Positions 58,821-64,000 of a stretch of DNA of 64,000 nucleotides are shown here, in pieces. Each line of letters starts with the position of its first letter. Position 1 is the stretch's first letter. The stretch comes from Trueperaceae bacterium (GTDB lineage Bacteria > Deinococcota > Deinococci > Deinococcales > Trueperaceae). A model generated the notes under the pieces. It ran no database searches and was not told the DNA's origin. It was given only the letters and a program-made list of their open reading frames with translations. The position numbers and the translations under genes were made by a program. Location of the stretch: the NCBI GenBank assembly GCA_965213925.1, contig OZ243927.1:1632001-1696000 (forward strand), written 5' to 3'.

Positions 58821-59143
58821 ATGTCTATCATAAGGTGCGGTATTAACCGGAAGCAACGGACACAAAAAGACCGCCCGACCTTCGGGTTCAGGCGGCTCCC
58901 CCGGCGATGCTGTCCTGCAGGACAGCATTTAGCTGAGTTAAAAGCGGTGGCTCGCGCTAGGTCTATATGTACCGAGAAAAAGGGTACAAAGTACTCAAAT
59001 AAGCCTCGGGCGGAGCCGAGTTAGGGGCAGCGGCGGCTCGGCTCGAAGATGGTCTAGCTTAGCCCAGCTCTATCTAAGCAGCCGGGAAGTCTCACGCATG
59101 AGGTCGTAGAGCGCGGAGAAGTCTCTTGTTCCCGCAACTTACC

Positions 59144-61537
59144 CTACCGCCACCCCTCAACCTCCGGCAGGTCTTCGCCGTGCTCAGTGATGTAGCGGTG
59201 GTGCTCTTCTAACTTCGCCTCGTACTTTTCTCTAAGCGCCGCTTTCTGCCCCTTTAGGTCGTCCCGGTGCTCAGTATGACGCAGCACCGACAGGGCAAGC
59301 TGAAAGCGGCTCATCCGGTTGAAGACCAGCATATCGAAAGGGGTTGTTGTGCTGCCCTCTTCGATGTAGCCGTGCACGTGGAAGCGGCTGGGGTTGGGGC
59401 GGCGGTGGATGAGTTCGTGAATAACCCTGGGGTAACCGTGGAAGCCGAAGGTCACGTCCATGTCATCTGTGAAAAGGTCTGTAAAGGTGTCCGCGTCTAG
59501 ACCGTCCGGGTGCTCGGGGTCCAACGCTAAGAGGTTGGCGACGTTCACTACGCGCACATTCAACTCGGGCAGATCGCGGCGTAAGAGCATGGCAGCTGCG
59601 ACTGTTTCTATAGTCGGCACGTCACCTGCGCAGGCGAGCACGATATCGGGTTTCTCTTTTTGTGCCTCACCCTCTCCAGCATGACCCGCCCAGTCCCACA
59701 CCGACGCGCCCCGTGCTAGGTGCGCCTGCGCCTCCTCCAGGGTCAACCACTGCGGCATCTCCTGTTTCGAGGCGACGATCAGGTTGATCTGGGCGCGGCT
59801 CTTTAAGCAGCGCTCGGTCACCGCGAGCAGGCTGTTCGCGTCGGGCGGCAGATAGATACGCACGATCTCGTTCTTCTTGGTGAGTAAGGTATTGATGAAA
59901 CCCGGTCCCTGATGGCTGTAGCCGTTGTGGTCTTGCCGCCAGGAGTGCGACGTTAAGAGGTAGTTTAGAGAAGCGATAGGCTTGCGCCAGGGGGTATCTC
60001 TCGCTGACTTGAGCCACTTGGCGTACTGGTTCGCCATCGAGTCGATGATGGTGATGAAGGCTTCGTAGCAGGCGAAGAGCCCGTGCCGTCCGGTGGTGAG
60101 GTAGCCCTCTAGCCAGCCTTCGCAGGTGTGTTCCGAGAGGACTTCCATGACGCGGCCCTCCTTGGAGACGTGCGCGTCGGTCTCCTCCAAGGGCCAGGTG
60201 AAGACGCGCTCGGTCACATCGAAGACAGCGTCCAGCTTGTTCGAGTCGATCTCGTCGGGGCAGAGCAGGCGGAAGTTCTTCTCTTCATCGTTCTCCTTGA
60301 AGAGGTCGCGCAAATAAGCGCCGACTGTTTTCGTGGCGCTCGCCTCGACGTTGCCCGGCTCGTCTACCTCTACCGCGTAGTCGGAGAGGTCCGGCAACTT
60401 CAGCGGGACCAAAAGCTCGCCGCCGTTCGCGTGCGGGTTGCGGCCTAACCTCTTGCCGGGTTCGGGCAAGAGGGACTGCACCGCCTCATTCGGCTCGCCA
60501 GCTTCATCGAAGAGAGATGTAGGGTCGTAGCTCTCTAGCCAAGCCTTCAACGTTTCGAACTCCTCGTCGTCGTTCTTAGGGTCGGAAAGCGGCGTACCGT
60601 GGGCGCGGAAGGTCCCCTCGACGGGCTTGCCCTCCAAGCTCCCCGGTCCGGTCCAGCCTTTTGGGGTTCGCAGCACGATCATCGGCAGGGCGGGCTTGGT
60701 GAAGCTCGGGTTCTCCCTGGCTTCCTCTTGCAGGTCGCGAATCTCTCCGTAAGCCCGGTCCAGCGTCTCCCACAGCGCTTCGTGGACGGCCCTCGGCTCG
60801 TCGCCCGCCACGAAGTGCACGCGGTAGCCGTAGCCCTCGAAGAGCTTCTGGAGTTCGTCGTCGCCCATACGCCCGAGGAGGGTCAGGCCGCCTATCTTAT
60901 ATTCGTTGAGGTGCAGTATCGGTAGAACGGCACCGTCCCTAGCTGGGTTCAAGAACTTGTTCGAGTGCCACGCTGCCGCCAAAGGTCCCGTCTCCGCCTC
61001 GCCGTCGCCGACTACACAGGCGACGATCAGCTCAGGGTTGTCGAAGGCCGCCCCATACGCATGAGAGAGGCTGTAGCCGAGTTCGCCCCCCTCTTGAATC
61101 TGACCGGGCGTGAAGGGGCGCAGGTGGCTGGGCAGTCCTTCGGGCCAGGAGAAGAGCTTGCAGAGGTTCGCCATGCCCTCCTTGCCGACACGGAATCTGT
61201 CGTCAATTTCGCCTAACGTTTCCTCGAGGTACAAATTCGCCAAAATCGCAGGCGCACCGTGTCCCGGTCCGGTCACGAGCAGCACGTCCGCGTCTGTATC
61301 CTGAACGAGCCTGTTGAGGTGCGCGTAGATGAGGTTCAGACCCGGCTGCGTGCCCCAGTGTCCCAGGATGCGCGTCTTGACGTGCTCCCGCGCTAGAGGT
61401 TCGCGCAGGAGCGCATTCTCCTTGAGGTGAAGCTGCGCTGCGCCTAAGTAGTTGACCGCTCGCCAGTAGGCGTGAAGCTGCTCCAACCTCTCCTGAGCGA
61501 CCTCTTGACTGTCCGTATAACTCACTGTGCTGCTCAT
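59144..61537 (-). CDS. xfp: Phosphoketolase (xylulose-5-P/fructose-6-P)
   Basis: LGHWGT, GPGHG, EGGELGYSL, GDGEAETGPL, WRQDHNGYSHQ. Confidence 0.95.
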   Translation of the reverse strand: MSSTVSYTDSQEVAQERLEQLHAYWRAVNYLGAAQLHLKENALLREPLAREHVKTRILGHWGTQPGLNLIYAHLNRLVQDTDADVLLVTGPGHGAPAILANLYLEETLGEIDDRFRVGKEGMANLCKLFSWPEGLPSHLRPFTPGQIQEGGELGYSLSHAYGAAFDNPELIVACVVGDGEAETGPLAAAWHSNKFLNPARDGAVLPILHLNEYKIGGLTLLGRMGDDELQKLFEGYGYRVHFVAGDEPRAVHEALWETLDRAYGEIRDLQEEARENPSFTKPALPMIVLRTPKGWTGPGSLEGKPVEGTFRAHGTPLSDPKNDDEEFETLKAWLESYDPTSLFDEAGEPNEAVQSLLPEPGKRLGRNPHANGGELLVPLKLPDLSDYAVEVDEPGNVEASATKTVGAYLRDLFKENDEEKNFRLLCPDEIDSNKLDAVFDVTERVFTWPLEETDAHVSKEGRVMEVLSEHTCEGWLEGYLTTGRHGLFACYEAFITIIDSMANQYAKWLKSARDTPWRKPIASLNYLLTSHSWRQDHNGYSHQGPGFINTLLTKKNEIVRIYLPPDANSLLAVTERCLKSRAQINLIVASKQEMPQWLTLEEAQAHLARGASVWDWAGHAGEGEAQKEKPDIVLACAGDVPTIETVAAAMLLRRDLPELNVRVVNVANLLALDPEHPDGLDADTFTDLFTDDMDVTFGFHGYPRVIHELIHRRPNPSRFHVHGYIEEGSTTTPFDMLVFNRMSRFQLALSVLRHTEHRDDLKGQKAALREKYEAKLEEHHRYITEHGEDLPEVEGWR

Positions 61538-61591
61538 ATGATCCCCTTCCGCTCGATCCTTACACCTTAGCGTGACCTCTTAACGGGCGTG

Positions 61592-63262
61592 TCAGCGTCT
61601 GGCCCAACGTTGCGCCGCGAGTGCGCCCAGCGCCAACGCGCCAGCCCCCACTGCGCCGCCCGCGAGCGCCTTGCGCCTGCGTCCCTGGGACAAGAGCGCT
61701 TGCGCCGCTAGATAGCCAGAAGTCGCGTTCGTACCGCCGCCCGGCCAGGTCGCCGCGCCGACCATCCAGAGGTTCGTTAGGGGCATCTTGTAGTTCGACC
61801 AGCCCTGGATGGGCCGGAAGAAGTAGTTCTGCTTCAGGTGATGGCTCCCCCCGACGCTGTCACCGCCGACGAGGTTGGGGTTGTGGCGCTCTAAGTCGGC
61901 GGGCGAATAGACGACGCGCTCCAAGATGAGGTCGCGAATGCCCGGTGCGTACGCCTCCAGCTTGTCCAAGACACGCTCCGCGACGGGTTCTTTGGCCTCG
62001 TCCCAGGTGCGGGTCTCAATCTGACCCAAGGCGTCACCCCGGATAGTGCTGGGGAGCGTGCGCACCTGAAGCCAGAGGATGTGCTGGCCGTCGGGGGCTC
62101 TCGAAGGATCGAATACAGTGGGCTGCCCGACGATGAGCAGCGGGCTCGCGGGCAGGGTGCCGTTCAGGGCGTCCGTGTAAGTGCGGGCCAAGTCTTCGAC
62201 GTAGGGTGCGATGTGGACATAGGCGAAGTCACCTATCTCTTCGCCCGCTGCCCACTGCGGCTTACCTCGGAGCGCCAGGTGCACCATCATGGTGGCGGGG
62301 CCGTACTCGTAGCGCTTGACCTCGCGGCGAAACCCTTTGGGTAGCGGCGCGTCACGCAGCAGCCGCTCGAAGAGCACCGTCGGGGTGAGGTTGGCGACGA
62401 CGGCGCGTTTCGCGCTCAGCCGCTCGCCGCTCGCCAATTCGACGCCGGTGGCACGTCCATTCTGCATGGTAATGCGCGTGACCTCGGCTTCCGTGCGCAC
62501 CTCGCCGCCGTACTCGCGGAGGAGGCCCACCAAGGCTTGCGGCATCTTCGACGCGCCGCCCTTAGGAATCGCCATGCCCTCCTCCATGTCCGCGAAGGTC
62601 TCTAGGAGCGGGAACTGCGCCCCGCCCGAGACGTCCGGCCCGAAGTCGAGGTGCATCCCCCAGGTGGCGATGACGGCCTGCATCTCTTGAGTCGCAAAGA
62701 AGCTCTCACCGAGTTCGCGGGTGGAATTCAGCAGCAAGCGGGTGAGTTCCAAGACCTCGCCCGCGCCTACCTTGCGTACGGCGTCTGCGACGGCCACGCC
62801 CATCTGTACCGACGGGAGCGGCGAGCCGTAGAGGGGCAAGAACGCCTCTTGCAGTTTGTGGTAGTGCCCGTAGAGCTGCTGCCAACCTTCGGCGTCTTTG
62901 GAGTTGCGGTCTCGGATGAGCCCCAGCGTCTTGTCCGTGTCGCCGTAGACGCGCACGCTCTCGCCGCCCGGAAAGAGGTTGCAGTAGGGCTTGTCCGAAA
63001 CGGTGTATTGGAGCCCGTGCCGCTCTAAATCTTCGCTGAGTTCTCCGTAGACGCTCGAGGCGAGAAAGAGGTTCTGGTTCATCGAATAGAGGTCGTGGAC
63101 GAAGCCGGGGCGGGTGATTTCAGCGCTCTGCACCGCGCCGCCCACCCTCTCGTTGCGCTCCACAACGAGCGTCTTCCAACCCGCTTTGGCGAGGTAAAGC
63201 GCCGTCACGAGACCGTTGTGACCTGCGCCGACGACGATAGCGTCATACGTACCGTTATTCAT
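61592..63262 (-). CDS. Phytoene desaturase-family FAD-dependent oxidoreductase
   Basis: GAGHNGL...ERNERVGG; SPADLE..NPNLVGGD; GAATWPGGG. Confidence 0.88.
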   Translation of the reverse strand: MNNGTYDAIVVGAGHNGLVTALYLAKAGWKTLVVERNERVGGAVQSAEITRPGFVHDLYSMNQNLFLASSVYGELSEDLERHGLQYTVSDKPYCNLFPGGESVRVYGDTDKTLGLIRDRNSKDAEGWQQLYGHYHKLQEAFLPLYGSPLPSVQMGVAVADAVRKVGAGEVLELTRLLLNSTRELGESFFATQEMQAVIATWGMHLDFGPDVSGGAQFPLLETFADMEEGMAIPKGGASKMPQALVGLLREYGGEVRTEAEVTRITMQNGRATGVELASGERLSAKRAVVANLTPTVLFERLLRDAPLPKGFRREVKRYEYGPATMMVHLALRGKPQWAAGEEIGDFAYVHIAPYVEDLARTYTDALNGTLPASPLLIVGQPTVFDPSRAPDGQHILWLQVRTLPSTIRGDALGQIETRTWDEAKEPVAERVLDKLEAYAPGIRDLILERVVYSPADLERHNPNLVGGDSVGGSHHLKQNYFFRPIQGWSNYKMPLTNLWMVGAATWPGGGTNATSGYLAAQALLSQGRRRKALAGGAVGAGALALGALAAQRWARR

Positions 63263-63272
63263 AAGCCCCCCC

Positions 63273-63340
63273 GAGACCCTGCAAAAAATGAGACCCTACA
63301 AAAAACAAGACTCTGCGAAAAACAAGACTTTGCAAAAAAC
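63273..63340. repeat. Four imperfect 17-bp tandem repeats
   Basis: GAGACCCTGCAAAAAAT / GAGACCCTACAAAAAAC / AAGACTCTGCGAAAAAC / AAGACTTTGCAAAAAAC. Confidence 0.85.
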
Positions 63341-63522
63341 GCGAACCTTGCGTGCCGCTACACCCACTCTAAACCCAGCCGAGACTAGGAAAGTGCGACG
63401 CCGCGCAAGGTCTTATAGTGAGCCGCTATTATAAAAACTTGTGCAGAAACCCGTGCAGAGACTGTAGGCGCGAATCATAACGGTTCTTCCCGGAAGGTCT
63501 ACGTTGGCGTCGGAGGGGTAGC

Positions 63523-64000
63523 ATGAGCGAATTTGAACACACCACCAATGTAGAGGCGTCACCGGACAGGGTTTGGGACTTCGTCGCGGACGTGCGCAAC
63601 CTGCCCAAGTACCTGCCGACGACCCACAGCGCCGAGCCCGCGCAAGGCGAGCGCGTCGAGGTCAAAGGCGAAGCCCAAGGGCACGAGTACGACTCGGAGG
63701 GTTACTTCCGGGAGGACCGGGAGAACTACCGGCTCGAGTGGGGCGCGGACGAGGGGTACTACTCGGGCTGGCTGGAGATCGCGGAGAACGGGAACGGCTC
63801 GGACGTGACGGTGCACCTGACCTTTACGGGCGCGCCCCCGCACGGGGAGGGCGACCCGCCGGGGGACAACACCTCCGAACAAGCGCCCGACCGCGACGAC
63901 GTGCAAGAGGGGCTGGTCTCAGCGCTGGAGTCCATCAAGAACTTCGTGGAGGGGGACCGGCCCGACACCAAAGACGAGTCGAGAGCGGCGACCTACGACG
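63523..64000 (+). CDS. SRPBCC-family protein, runs off the window end (missing from the ORF track)
   Basis: GGAGG RBS; MSEFEHTTNVEASPDRVWDFVADVRNLPKYLP...LVSALESIKNFVE. Confidence 0.85.
   Translation, partial: MSEFEHTTNVEASPDRVWDFVADVRNLPKYLPTTHSAEPAQGERVEVKGEAQGHEYDSEGYFREDRENYRLEWGADEGYYSGWLEIAENGNGSDVTVHLTFTGAPPHGEGDPPGDNTSEQAPDRDDVQEGLVSALESIKNFVEGDRPDTKDESRAATYD

Noticed and set aside
61592..63262. Carotenoid gene crtI/crtO
   Set aside because: Family-level motifs only and no neighbouring crt genes; substrate cannot be assigned
63273..63340. CRISPR array
   Set aside because: Units are contiguous 17-mers with no unique spacers, and no cas genes are present

Overview
GC-rich bacterial DNA, probably Deinococcota/Trueperaceae-like (inferred from gene content only). 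1-17.3 kb is core chromosome: a Pil-Chp-type chemosensory operon (response regulator, CheW, two MCPs, a CheA-REC hybrid with three Hpt domains), gpsA, an endonuclease III, an ABM monooxygenase, lptB, DUF3084, a class IV aminotransferase preceded by a strongly structured ~220-nt leader, and a tRNA with a CAT anticodon (17356-17432, minus strand). From the tRNA rightwards the window is accessory DNA. Element 1 is a ~32.3-kb integrated element (17372-49717) ending in a tyrosine recombinase. Unusually, it carries the 5' part and promoter of the tRNA rather than the 3' part. Its cargo is an RHH regulator, DUF3037, an M50 peptidase, a GGDEF protein, a divergent family-A-polymerase-like protein beside a cluster of GNA-triloop hairpins, and a type I R-M operon whose interior has been replaced by a DISARM-related four-gene cassette (SNF2 helicase, N6-adenine MTase, giant YprA/DUF1998 helicase-nuclease, RelE-UvrD). 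It also carries a second RelE-UvrD, a secreted protein plus a membrane-anchored NERD nuclease, and an HTH/nucleotidyltransferase pair. A decayed sister element follows in tandem from 49718, carrying a LOV-PAS-GGDEF-EAL protein and an hsdR fragment. After that come a two-component pair, phosphoketolase, an FAD oxidoreductase and an SRPBCC gene; whether these belong to the second element is unclear. Part of the second element's left end differs from element 1 almost only by deletions and may be an assembly artefact. All family calls come from motifs read by eye; no searches were run.
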